A stretch of 64,000 nucleotides of DNA. It comes from Dipteris shenzhenensis. Lineage: Eukaryota. How positions within the stretch are numbered: the stretch's first letter is position 1; each line of letters begins with the position of its first letter. The stretch is taken from assembly GCA_047967505.1 (NCBI GenBank), contig CM106538.1; one strand, written 5' to 3'. Position numbers and translations under genes: made by a program. Of the stretch, positions 62,957-64,000 are shown piece after piece. The notes beneath the pieces are model-generated. The model was not told the DNA's origin and did not search any database. It worked only from the letters and a program-made list of their open reading frames with translations.

Positions 62957-64000
62957 CATCCAAACTCTTACTAGGTGATCTATTGATCACATGCACTACA
63001 GTCTTCATTGCCTTAGCCCAAAACCCACCAGAAAGACTTGCATTGGAAAGCATACATTGCAACTTTTCCTAAATGGTGTAGTTCATCTATTCTATAATTG
63101 GATTCTGCTCTAGAGTATAAGGAGATGTGAGCTCGCTCTTGATCCCATGTGTATCGCAAAAATGTTGAAAATCATGAGAGATAGGTTCTCCATTATTATC
63201 AGGACCCCAACGGCATAAGAGTTTCATTCCATTTTGGCTCATGTGCCCCAATTGGCAATGCCACAAAGAAGTACTTGGTTGCTCGATTATTGAAACAACA
63301 TGATTAGACACCCTTGATACATGTAAGGGATACAATGTCCCACACTTGGAACCTCTCGCCAAACCATAGAACCCTTCTGAATTTTCCAACTCTGAAAACC
63401 AAAGGTGGTCTGAAAACCAACATCATCTAGACGACTCAATGAAATAAGACTCTTGGTTAGCTTGCACATTTTTTAAAAAAAATGCAGACCCATTTGCAAA
63501 AGAAACCTTTATGTCACCTGTTGCCGCTATGTCACATGCAGAGTTATTTCCAAGATGCACACAACCTATCTTTCCACTGTCATAAGTGGAGAACCGTTTC
63601 CTATGGAAAGTAACATGGAATGAAGCACCAAAATTCAAAATCCAATCCTAGGAATATGCATCATTAGAAGTGGTAAGCAAGTCTGCAGGTAGGTTAGTCA
63701 TGAAGAGAATGTCATTGTCACTATTATCAATGATTGCATTTATCTCCTCGATCTTCATTTTTCCTTTGTCCTCCCTTGGACTCTCTTTCTTCTTATTTGC
63801 ACCCCAATTTGCATTCTTTCTTTTATCCTTTTGCTCTCTTTTCAGCTTTATCAATCCTTCTTCATGTGGCCCTTCTTGCCACAATGATAACACTCAATGT
63901 TCTGTGCCTTGGATTTGCTACAAGACTTCCCTCTTTCTTGGGACTTCCCCTTGAACTGTGATCTACCCCTTTGCACATTTAAGGTTGCATCCTACTTGTT
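62957..64000 (-). mobile_element. Copia family A copy 3, decayed gag-PR-IN fragment, continues beyond window
   Basis: Colinear with 44257-45620, with an internal integrase deletion at ~63205. Confidence 0.9.

Overview
This is eukaryotic, land-plant repeat-rich DNA. A large fern-like genome is a guess from element style and cannot be confirmed from the sequence. Most of the window is nested transposable elements whose ends resolve from LTR, PBS, PPT, TIR and TSD signatures. (1) Three copies of one Ty1/copia family with ~170-bp LTRs: 1-3785 (+), 41929-47823 (-), 62957-64000 (-). (2) A very young relative (16158-22001, -) whose 998-codon ORF is open but catalytically eroded. (3) A copia family with 731-bp LTRs: two 5' fragments and a solo LTR with TSD. 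(4) A degenerate copia at 57064-62956. (5) Gag-only 'TR-GAG'-type retroelements (22279-24917 +, 53179-56090 -) and a fragment of a third. (6) A decayed short-LTR Gypsy (32993-36431). (7) A complete CACTA/EnSpm element with non-canonical CACAA termini, TTC TSD and two divergent genes (38976-53077), plus two fragments of that family. (8) A Sola-like DDE transposase pseudogene (3786-5859). (9) Fold-back palindromes and tandem or low-complexity repeats. The only host-like gene is an intact, intronless, CpG-rich ORF (36789-38270, 493 aa). It encodes a secreted pectin-lyase-fold (right-handed beta-helix) protein with bacterial-type motifs and 12 N-glycosylation sequons, and it lies 357 bp downstream of a CpG-preserved, G-box/TATA-bearing LTR. 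It is a strong candidate for a horizontally acquired, domesticated gene. Family assignments rest on motif recognition only; no database searches were run.
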